Shown: one piece after another, positions 1 through 11,007 of the stretch
Position numbering within the stretch: position 1 is the first letter of the stretch
Layout: each line of letters opens with the position of its first letter
DNA from: Nemertoderma westbladi
Taxonomy: Eukaryota; Animalia; Xenacoelomorpha
Length of the DNA stretch: 64,000 nt
Reading direction: 5' to 3'
Assembly: GCA_032718475.1 (NCBI GenBank)
Contig: JAUCBJ010006628.1
Coordinates: 1-64,000 of the forward strand
Translations under genes and position numbers: made by a program
Notes under the pieces: model-generated
Database searches by the model: none
The model's input: the letters and a program-made list of their open reading frames with translations, nothing else
What the model was told of the DNA's origin: nothing

Positions 1-1166
1 GGGGTTGAATATAAATTAATAAAGAAGCCGCAAGGTGGTGTAATGGAAAGCAAGTCTTATCCGTCACTGCTTATACTGATACAGTATAAATCAAACAACT
101 AAGGTTATGCAGCAATCTATTCGGCTTTCTTGACAGCCGATAACTTACAACCCTTCGGATGAATTCAGAATATTTTAACCCACCAACCTCCCCTTTCTTC
201 CTCCATAAAATGTAATAAAGGTTGAGTGTAAATTATTTAATGATGTTTAACGGTTCAGTTATTGATTTCTAATTGTTTCATATTTGCAAAGCGGAGCTGC
301 GCAAAAAACAGGATAGCACGTCTGTATCATAAAGTATATTCTCCCCAATAAACGTATTGACTTACTGTAATTACATTTTTTGGAATCCAAGCTTTCTAAA
401 CTGATAAAAAAAATTACGATCAATAATGTGAAAAATGGTGCAATTTCGTAAAATACACTATCAAAATGTTAATAAATAAAATTTACAGGCAAAATCGCAA
501 ATTATGTTTTCATGTAGGCATCGACAGTGAGTTGAACTAGTTATGTTTCAAATTCCAAACAATATAATAGCGATTTGTAAAAAAAAAAATGGGCTGGGGG
601 CGTGGGGTTGTACGTCAACATCAAATTACACAATATTTCGGGTTAAATGGTGCAGTAGGTCAACTTGGTGGTCAACTTCTTTAGTATTGTGCAGAATGTA
701 TCCGAATTATTGGTAAATAAATAAAATTAAACAGTAATCTCTAGTTGGATCTGGGGAATGCAACTCTAAATACATTAGGAGCCTTGGTGTCGACGAGAAG
801 ATGCTCTTAAGATTTCCAGTATTTTTTCACTATGGATGGATTCAAATACTTTCTTTCTTCAAGTTAGACAAAAGATTTACTACGAAGAAATTTAAAGAAT
901 AAACTAATATATGAAATTGATTAATTCCATAATTAAGATATACAAATTAAATCTAATCTAATAAAAGCTATTGTTACTAGTAAAATATAATTTACCTGTT
1001 TTTACACAAACTTATAATTATTATAAAGGAACTGCCTGAATACTTTATGATATGGAAAACCTTACTGTAGTCAGTATACTATACATACTTACTGTAGTCA
1101 GTATACAAAAAATATAAAAATTCTTAACGAATGATGAATAATTATTAGTTATTATGAATTTTGCAG

Positions 1167-1283
1167 TTTTCGTCGTTAATGGAAAGTACAATGGATATTA
1201 TAGAAAAAGTTTTCGATGATGATCTTCAAAGACACAGAGAAAAGTTTGGGGAAATCATTGATGATTGTTCGGCGATCAATCAG
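1167..1283 (+). CDS. Internal exon A of LDLa-FReD gene copy 1 (FSSLMESTMDIIEKVFDDDLQRHREKFGEIIDDCSAINQ)
   Basis: ttgcag| acceptor and cag|gtatac donor; 117 bp, phase 0/0, open frame; clear paralogous exon with the same splice sites at 55704-55817. Confidence 0.85.
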
Positions 1284-1296
1284 GTATACTGGACCC

Positions 1297-1828
1297 ATAT
1301 CTATCGGATATGCTCGGATATCTGTCGGATATGCTCGGATATCTATTGGATATGCTCGGATATCTGTTGGATATGCTCGGATATCTGTCGCATATGCTCA
1401 GGTATCCATTGGATATGCTCGGATATCTATCGGATATGCTCGGATATACATTGGATATGCTCGGATATCTGTCGCATATGCTCAGGTATCCATTGGATAT
1501 GCTCGGATATCTATCGGATATGCTCGGATATGCTCGGATATCTGTCGCATATGCTCAGGTATCCATTGGATATGCTCGGATATCTGTCGCATATGCTCAG
1601 GTATCCATTGGATATGCTCGGATATCCATTGGATATGCTCGGATATCTATCGGATATGCTCGGATATCTGTCGCATATGCTCAGGTATCCATTGGATATG
1701 CTCGGATATCCATTGGATATGCTCGGATATCCATTGGATATGCTCGGATATCCATTGGATATGCTCGGATATCCATTGGATATGCTTGGATATCCATCGG
1801 ATGTGCTCGGATATCCATCGGATATGTT
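1297..1828. repeat. 21-bp intronic minisatellite (consensus GGATATGCTCGGATATCCATT), about 25 units
   Basis: Directly visible tandem array starting just after the exon A donor; produces the 7-aa periodic ORFs in the track. Confidence 0.95.
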
Positions 1829-2200
1829 CATCAAACTACCATACAGTAACATATCAAATTCAAACTGCGGAATTTAGCAATATTTCAAGTTTGGAATAAA
1901 AATAGTAATTTATTATGGTTATATTTATGAACTATTTTGAACAAAATTATATTTTGTTAAATATATATAATACAATATAATTATATTTATTTATTTTCAA
2001 GCAAGTTAAAGTAAAAAACCTTACCGGCAGGTGTGTTAGTACCAAAGTATGTAAAACACTAAAAAGCAACATAACCTAGACGTTTCATGCAATCAGTGAT
2101 CAGTTGACAGCAGCCAGCTGATCTATAGGTTTCGCCCCCTATCCCTATTCTTATACCATCCTATTGCTGGATTTCTATATATATATATCGCTTTCTATAT

Positions 2201-2991
2201 ATGCTGGATGTGCTGCCTGAAGGCAAGATATCTACAAACAGCTCTGGGTCTGCTGATCGTCTCGCTGAACTAGAGGTAGAACCCACGGACCATCTCTACT
2301 CCCTGGACATTGTGAGTTTATTCACTAACGTCCCACTGAGGGAGGCGGTGCAGCTTGCTGCTGATCTACTGTATGAGCGGCATCCGGGCAGCCAGCCAAT
2401 CAGCAAGGACCAATTTATTGGTCTTATGCTGTTGGCTACCAAGGATGTCGTATTCCTGGATCACCATGGTAACTACGTCTGTCAGAAAGATGGTGTCGCT
2501 ATGGGCTCTCCATTGGGCCCCATGTTCGCCAACATCTTTCTGTCAAAGTTCGATGAGAGGATCGCTGCGGGCACTAAGATTAGTGTAGGTAGGTCGATGA
2601 CGTATTTAGCGTTTGCAGTAACGACCCCACTGAGAAGCGGAGAGAGGTCAATGACCTCCATCCCAATCTCAAGTTTGCCCTTGAGATGGAGGTGGAGGGC
2701 CGCTTGTCCTTTCTTGATTTGGTTGTCACTCGGGTTGACTATGCTCTTTCAACGGCGTGGTATCGCAAGCCTACAAATACTGGGCTCGATCTCAATGCCA
2801 CTGCGTGTGCCTCTGAGTCTTACAAACGCGGTGTAGTTCGTGGTATGTTTCATCGCAACTTTAATGCCAGTAAGGGTGGGGATGGTTCCCAACTCTATAC
2901 CGCTATTGGGGATGCTAAGAATATTCTCAACAATAACCAATATACTGATGCTGTGGTCGAGCATGAGCTTGCTATAGTTCAAGAAAAATGA
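2201..2991 (+). mobile_element. Penelope-like retroelement reverse transcriptase fragment (decayed)
   Basis: Motifs SLDIVSLFTNVP, QKDGVAMGSPLGP, NDLHPNLKFALE, LSFLDL and YRKPTNTG; the catalytic YVDD reads *VDD (tag gtc gat gac near 2590), with a frameshift. Confidence 0.85.
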
Positions 2992-3613
2992 CATAAATTA
3001 TGTTATAAATAAGTTAGCTTGTATTTATGGTGGCGTTTGGAGCCATCTTATAATAATATAGCTAGGCCCTACTGGTTATTAATAGCTATACCCCACCTAC
3101 CAGTAGGTAATACAGTAGGCCTATCTGGCTGTCAGGCAAATTTCCACCTATAAGTATCTATCCGTTAAGTAATGTCCCCTTAGTGGACATTACATAATTA
3201 CTTAATATACTTAATAAAGTTACTACGTAAACAATAACACCAAATACAATACTAAATGTACAGGCCAATACAATGCTGTAATGTCCTCTAAAGTTGTAAA
3301 GTGCTAAATAACAACTCGCTGTTACTAATGGTGTTGAGTAATGTTACAATTTTGGAATAAATAAATATAATTATTAATTATTGGTTTTCAAGCTTCTACT
3401 TCAATAATACAATATACTTAATGTTAAAATAACTTGTATAAATGTCAAAATGAAATGTATAAAAATAAAAATATCTAGTCTAATAACTAATTTAATTTGC
3501 CGTCAATTTTCACGACAGAAGTTGCTTATGTAACACTACCAAGAGCCGAAATTCATGCCACCGCCATTGCATCAACGCTATCTACCACGGGCTGATCACT
3601 GCTGAGTTAAAGG

Positions 3614-3649
<36 letters not shown>

Positions 3650-4667
3650 GGATAAGCCCGAACAAATTTCATAACTTTTTTTGTTATTGCATCTAGAGCA
3701 GAATTAAATGGGGATTTCAAATCTCAAAACCACTAGAGAGATTTCTTTTAGTTCTCGAGTTATCGTAAGACTCCACCATTTCTTTATCTTTTTTGTGATT
3801 TTTGGTTTTTATGAAAGGAAATTTAATAAGCTTTAATAAACGTTGGCCGGCCACTTTTTTGATTTCAGAATATGATGAAAATTAACATGCTGGTTCAAAA
3901 AATTGTGGTATCTAAAAATAAAAATGGAGAATAACGGAATAGTCTTTTTAGCTATTTTTTTATGTCTCACACCAGCCGATAGGGGGTGGTTTTTATTTAC
4001 GAATGAATGGTATATCGTTTTCTTTGCATTTTTCAAACCACATTGGAGATATAAACAAATTAAAAACAAAAACACCAATATATTAATGTTATATTATTTT
4101 TTTCATTCGTCTGGTTTTAAATATTTTATATTGTTATTTAACACATAAATAGTAATAAATACAGAAATTACCAGTCTGAAGTTGATGAGAAAAGAAGTAA
4201 AATCTGCAGCGAGTTTTGGGGTAGTCCCGCCTTCGCTTCCATAAAGTGGAAGGAAAGCATGTTGCCAAGTCCTCGGTTCATAGTTTCCACCACAAGATCT
4301 GTGGTAATAAATCATTTCTCACTTCCTCAAACTCAAGCATTTGTCAGCTCTGTGGAGGTCTTTCTATACCCTGCCGCCTACCATCTGATCAACTGTCCCT
4401 GTAACTTAAGATCATTGATTGAGGACTGAACTTACCGCAAATGATGTATCCAACACTTTACTATCAGAGTTCTATCATAAAATTTTTTCTATCAGGAGTT
4501 CTATCATAAAATTTTATCTCAAGTGCCACCCCCATGGCTTAATTTACATTAAGAAATACAGAAAATACATTAATATCCCACCAAAAAGATAACTAAATTT
4601 TGACTAAATCAGCTTATTAACTAAATTTATGATTTAATAATCACTATAATATTTATTTGTGTTTCAG

Positions 4668-4743
4668 AACATAAACGGGATCCCAACAGATGAAACTCTA
4701 GAATCTAGGTTTCAATTTACTCCTAAAAAAAAGCGAACATTTC
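4668..4743 (+). CDS. Internal exon B of LDLa-FReD gene copy 1 (NINGIPTDETLESRFQFTPKKKRTF+c)
   Basis: tttcag| acceptor and c|gtaagt donor; 76 bp, phase 0/1; paralogue at 57772-57847 has identical length and splice sites. Confidence 0.85.
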
Positions 4744-4857
4744 GTAAGTATAGCTATAGAAATCTGTCATTTTTTATGGACATTATGACTATCACTAAAT
4801 TAGTGACATATCTTCACAGCTATCCCTGAGTTACAGCTATCCCATAGAATGTGCGAA

Positions 4858-4922
4858 AATTAGCTCAGTCGACAGGACTTAAGGAGATTTTGTTTTATTT
4901 ATTGGGTTCGAGTCCATTTCGT
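4858..4922 (+). mobile_element. Degenerate tRNA-derived SINE head
   Basis: A-box-like TAGCTCAGTCG and B-box-like GGTTCGAGTCC at tRNA-like spacing; no intact cloverleaf. Confidence 0.4.
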
Positions 4923-5539
4923 AAATTAATCTTTTTACAAATCTGATATAATTGCAGATATGTTTTTTAGTACAATCCACTGAGTAATGTATTTCATACA
5001 ACATGCAAACCATGATTGAAATGTTATCTTTGTTTAACCGCAATCTTTATATATATAATATATATTTCGTAATTATTTGTAACACAATTACAATATTAAT
5101 TAGTAAAAAAATATTGACCATTATAACTTTACAATCCTTCAATGATACTACAGTGAGGAGGCCTCGACCAACCAAGACATTGGTGAACATGAGGCAAGTC
5201 ACTAGACTAGCCTCAGTTACCCTAACACTCGGGTCCCCAATATGAAAAGGAACGATGACTGACCTGGCAGATAAGCGTTGTCTTATTGCAGTGGATGCTC
5301 AAGAACACCGAACCCAGACTTGACAGACTGACGAGGTTCATACACAATGGGATTAGTATGTTTCTATTTTAACCCGTTAGAATGCCATGATTAAATACTC
5401 AGATTAAAACAACCGTGGCACGCTACATAAAATTCAGATTATATTTGTCTATTACTAGAAAAGTGTTTTGTCATCATAGACAATATCAATGCCTGAGTTT
5501 TCCAGTTTCGTTTTTCCTCTCTAACCATATAACTTAGGC

Positions 5540-5970
5540 GGTCGGATTCACATGGAATATTCTTGGGTGAGTGTCGGGCTTGAGATACACATTGCTGAAT
5601 CTGTCATGTTTCTTCAATTTGTTGGATGCGTCGAGAAGTACGGGTCTTTCCACTGAAGGATGGTAATCTTCATTGGCCTCGAGTTCTTCCGAGTAGGATT
5701 CATCGATCCTAGACGCTGTATACTGAAGTCGGTCTGAGGTTCGCCCATAGCGTCGAACACATCACTACAATTCAATTCAATTCCTCATTCTCCTTTTCAA
5801 CCGCCGTTATTCGGCTCTCCATAAGTGAAAACCGTGCATTGATTGCCTCCTTGACTGTAGAACCTATTACTCCTTTGAGCGCCCAATAGATAATGAAGTT
5901 ATTGGCGCATTGTCGGCTGATACAGGTTTGCAGGTTCTGAGGCTGTGGGTAGGATGTGAGCCCCAGCAAC
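5540..5970 (-). mobile_element. Decayed LINE ORF1-like fragment
   Basis: Coiled-coil segment (ARFSLMESRITAVEKENEEL) followed by SIQRLG...SRPMKITI, resembling LINE ORF1; interrupted by stops. Confidence 0.4.
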
Positions 5971-6762
5971 GGCGGTCATGCCTGATAGAATTAGGCCATC
6001 CAATAATTGATGGTTAGTTAGGATCTGAGGGAGAGAAGAATGGCCAGACAGAACCAACTAAATGTACTACAGTAGGGGTTGTTTGGTTGAAAGTGGTACA
6101 GCGGCACTGAATCATGCTATGGCTGCATTGTTGTTAGTGTACTGCTGGTGAGTATCGTCAGGGTACCCTGGTTTGTTGCCGTTGCGAGAAATAGGAGTTA
6201 GGATCTGGAACTGTACCGGTAATAGGTTGTTGGAGTAACCTCGGCATGAAACAAGTATCACAAAGACTTTTGGGTTTTAGTCTGGCTTGAAATGTGTTAC
6301 AAGATTTGCAATGCATTATATATAATCGTTGTCACCAAGAACTGTTGTGGATTGCGTAATTATATTAATCCCCCCCCCCCCCCCCCCCCATCGAAATACG
6401 CACGAGGTGCCCAAATTAAAATGGTGGTACTGTATATGTTTTTGAATTCCTTTATTAGCTAGCTAACTTATATATTCAATACATCGCGCCCTTAGGAATT
6501 AGGTCTAAGTCAAAAAATTATTATTTCGAGAAAAACGATTTTAAGTGATTGGTGAAATGACATTTGGTGATATACCATTTTCAATAACGCACAATAACTG
6601 TATTAGGCGAGACATATTGAATGTGTAATAGTTTCTTAGTCAAAACTTTTTTTTCGCGAAAAAAAAAAGGATTTAGGTCCCTTTTCTAGTATAATAATCA
6701 ATATTTTAATAGTAGTTGGTATTTCTATTGTTTATACAATAAAGATTACAATAATAACTATT

Positions 6763-7435
6763 TACATCATTGTGTGCAAAGTAGCACTTTGCAGCGTTAT
6801 GACTCGAGTTTATTTATGTACCGAGCGAGCGCAGCGAGGGAGGTTTACATAAATAAACAATGGTCTTTAACGCTGAAAATTGACCTTTGCAAACAATGAT
6901 GTATGTCATTTTATTACATTATGTTAACTTGCATGGATGCTCATTTAAACATTTTAATCATGTACTATATCGAATATAAGTGAAAATTATTAACAGGTAC
7001 CGGTACTATATATTTATATCTAATTAAAGATATTGTTGTTATCTCCTGCATGGATGTGATCAAATCTTTGATCCATCGTCGACTGAAGCAAACTGAGTCA
7101 CTGTCTGTGTCCGTTCAGTTTTACTGAACACTATCGCCATATTTTCTTTGCTCATTTTCTCTAAAATGTCTTCTATAGGACGTATGGAATACAGTCTACA
7201 CGTTAAACAATTATTTACATACAGTTGCTAGTCCCGTCACTGCAAACTGGACGCACGCATTATGCAAACACGTGCTGCTTTATTAAATAAAAAAGCACGC
7301 ATTAATATAAATGGAAATAATAAATTCTGGAATACGGTAATATAAGATTGATTACTTTGCAGCGTTACGAGAAATTCACCAGAACGCAATGTAACAATAA
7401 TAATGATATATATATGTAATGTAATAATAATGTAA
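6763..7435. repeat. Non-autonomous element with a 140-bp imperfect palindrome (Crypton-like MITE candidate)
   Basis: Arms 6763-6820 and 6846-6903 are inverted repeats around CGAGCGAGCGCAGCGAGG; the motif CTTTGCAGCGTTA recurs near 7355. Confidence 0.45.
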
Positions 7436-7967
7436 CTAACTCACATATAACATACTAACTATAGGGTGAGTGAGGGAGACTTGAACCCCAAAAGTTATAA
7501 TCGCTCTAAAGAACAGATAAATAAATTTTTCAATGCCGTTTTAACTTAGATAGATAGATTTATTTATACATTATGTAAAAACAATAACAAATACACCAAA
7601 CAATGTACCGGTATAAAGGTATTGTCCAACATAACATATATGATTACCCCTAAAGCTTTGCAGCTTATTTCCAAGGGGGTCATTTATGTTACTTGGTTAC
7701 AAATACAATATTACACTACGCTAACCTAAAACCAATATAAAACGTAATTACACTATGTACATGTACAACTTTACCGAGAGCGTGACAATGTCCGACTCAA
7801 CGATAAAGATGTAATGTACAGAACAATTTATTATAAAACGTAATTACAGTATAAATAGTAAATAATTAATAACTAATAACTTACTGTAGGACTATTGTAC
7901 CTATTTTTACATTGCACACGGAGGTGAGATTTAACAGCAGGTTTAAAAGAATGTTGATTATCCAGGT

Positions 7968-10900
7968 GGAGAGCGCAAATGGAGCATTTGCGCCGTGCGA
8001 GCGCATGGCCGACGGCGTTGGCCATGTGGTATTGTTTTAGAATATTACAGTATTATTAATCCCATGTAAAGTTAAAAGTTAAAGCCCATATTGCTGATGG
8101 AAAATAACAAATGCCTACCTTGATTTTGTTAAGGTCAGTTTTGTTTATACTTGAAGGCTTACATATATAAGTATACATGGGCATAATATTCCAAATACTT
8201 TTGTTGCGCCTGTCGATTCGTATGAATCGACAGGCGCATAGACCCCCCCAATTTATATTACTTGCGCATGTACATTAGTAGGCCTACAGAAGTACTTGGG
8301 TATTCCTGTATTCACAATATTCAACTACCATATATGAAGATAGGGTACGTTTTGACTAAAATTCTGCATCTGATGTAACATTTTGACTAGGCCTATCTGC
8401 CAAAAGAACCTCCACTATATCTGCCCTTCATGTAGGCCTACCATATTATTAAATTATTATTTATACTTCAAAAATTTGTGGCACGAAACACATCACACGA
8501 AATGGAATTACAATAAAAGCAGGCCATTTAAAACCATCTTCAATCAATTAATTCAGCACCTTGGAAAACCTAATAATAAAAATTATTCAAATTTGTTGAA
8601 TTGACAAAGGTGGTTCTGAATTAACGAGACGAGGGTGGACCCAGAGCTATCGAGGGTGGTCCCTGAATTAACGAGTGAGGACCCAGAGTTAATAGGGATA
8701 TTCCCTGGATTAATAAAAAATAATTAATACCAAAACTAATAACAAAAAAAACACCCAAAATATAATACCAGCAAATACAGAAATATACTCATATTAACAA
8801 ATAACACAAAAATAATTATTTAATAAAAAATTTAATATTGAACTTTTAAAGCTCTAAAATCATAAAGAAAACCCATGAAGGTGTATTCCAATTACAATTG
8901 TTCAACCCCAGTGATTTTAAAATACACCAGACATGTCAGAGAGCATTGTAAGTATCATTTCCTTTGTGCAAAAATTAATTCTTCTTGATATATTATATGC
9001 AAAATTTTCATGCATATTCAAACAATCAAAAGCGTGAAACCGGTAGTCATACAGCAATTGGATGTCTTTAGTAGGATCGGAAACACTCTAGAGAACATTT
9101 AAAATAAACTTCATCATTCCAAAGTGAATACTTCTTGAGATATAGCCTTTCAAAAAATTAACCAATCATAGACCACGTAGCAAACCCCGACAATCCAACA
9201 GCTATAAAACATCGTCAGTGAGTTAGGACATACTCCAGAGAATATTCTTAGCTTTCAAACTTCATCCCAAAGTGAAGCAAACTCGAGTTATCGTCGTTCA
9301 AAGCATTAGCCAATCAGGCGCCGTATCTGATGACCACGGTATGGGGGTGACTTGGGACCTCAACGCGAGATTCAGAACACCATCCAAAACATATTCGCAT
9401 AAAATCTTATCACTAATTGTCAAGGCCTAGGTAAGTTTTCAGCGTTTGAATATTTGAGCCAATCAGGTGCCAGATACAGTGACCACGGTACGCGCATGAC
9501 CTGAGACCCCAATGGAAGGTTCAGAGTACTGGCCAAAACATTTTCGCATCAAATTGTACCGTAAAATGTTACTGCATATCACAGCAAAGTCACCTACCGG
9601 TATTTGATCAGCAAAAGATCAGGTCTGACTGTGTGATTTGGGTCTGATCATATTTTCCTTTGCATGCATAAGAAGCCCTTCAATGGTCACTATCCGCTAC
9701 ATTGATCTAATCCATATCGTCAGATAGCCCGTGTTGCTGTTATAAGATTTATTTTGATTTGGTGCGATTTGGGTAATTTTAGTTTTTTTGGGGTAAACTA
9801 TGGTATTAATAACTTCCAGTAAAATCCCAACATTAAGAACATTGCTAGAAACGTCAATCATCTATAGCCTACAAACTAAGGATAACTATCAGCCAGTTAC
9901 TGTACATGGGCAGATGGGTATACTAAGTACAGGAGTACCCAGTACTTGGATATTCCTGTATTGACAATACTCAACTATATGAAGATAGGGTACGTTTTGA
10001 CTAAAATACGGCATCTGATGTAACGTTTTGACTAGGCCTATCTGCCAAAAGAACCTCCACTAAATATGCCATCTCACTACAGACTGTGGAGATAGCTACC
10101 GGCAAGAGGTGCTTGGTATATAGTTTTAGTCAGTAATGGCATACAGCAACTACTGACTTTATGATTTCATCAAGTTCATCAAACCAGGCTGACGACTCAG
10201 CTGTTTAATTAATTGCAGCCGGATTGGATAAATTATTAATTAATTTGGGAAACTTTACTAATTAGTAAAATCGTTAATTAGTTCGATTCAAAAGATTTTA
10301 GAATAATTATCATTTGTAAAATAGTAAACCGCTTTGATACACCTTGTGAATAAGGATTTGGGGGCGGGGGGGACAAAGCCCCCCCGCCAATTAGGTAATT
10401 AAGTAATTAGTTAATTACTAATTAACGGTAGGAGATACGGCATCGGCGCCAGAGACTTTTTTGTGTAGAATAAAATTCCGAACAACTTTGTGATGTTACG
10501 TTTTTTCATAGCTCTTAGTGTTTTCGAGTTACGACGCTAATTAGTTTTCGGCTAATTAGTACTAATTAACAGTAATAGGAGGGCCATAGCGATGACTGAA
10601 CTTTTTTTAGATCTTACCGAGATGAACAAAAAAAAACACCGTTGCTAGGGGAAAAATCAAATACTTTTCGAGAAAAATCAATTAGAAATCTTTAATCGCT
10701 AATTACTAATTAATTAATTAACAGATTTTTTCCACAAAAACTCCTAGCTAGCGCGCTAGGGCCATCTACCAGATCGCGCAAACAGAATCGTTCTAGCTTT
10801 CGCCGTTCTCCTGGAAAAATCATTTAAAGATCCACCTAAAAAAGATCAAAGCAAAATGCCTACTTCTCAGGGAGTGATACTAGACCGTTAAATTATGAGG

Positions 10901-11007
10901 TTTGAAGTTGGTGTTGATGTTGGTTTCTATGTTCCGTTAAATAGGCTGCAGTATCTATACCTCATAATTCTCTGTCGAGCCTCGGGCTCTCCAGTTGCAG
11001 CCAGACC
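7968..11007. mobile_element. 3-kb non-coding (possibly composite) DNA element with GG termini and 8-bp TSD, inserted in the LINE ORF2 C-terminus
   Basis: Flanked by ATCCAGGT (7960-7967) and ATCTAGGT (11008-11015); removing it rejoins the LINE frame IKNLD-NQHSFK; internal 130-bp direct repeat (about 8290-8420 and 9940-10070); hairpin at 8205-8238. Confidence 0.6.

Noticed and set aside
1161-1899. Three overlapping 194-238-aa ORFs with 7-aa periodicity; superficially CRISPR-like or a repeat protein
   Set aside because: They are translations of a stop-free 21-bp minisatellite with no unique spacers; only 1167-1283 is supported as an exon by splice sites and the paralogue
3611-3650. Long poly-G tract as a G-quadruplex regulatory element (similar tracts at 6370, 15435, 19455, 25302 and 55535)
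   Set aside because: Most of these tracts lie at or near DNA-transposon ends, and homopolymer length is unreliable in assemblies
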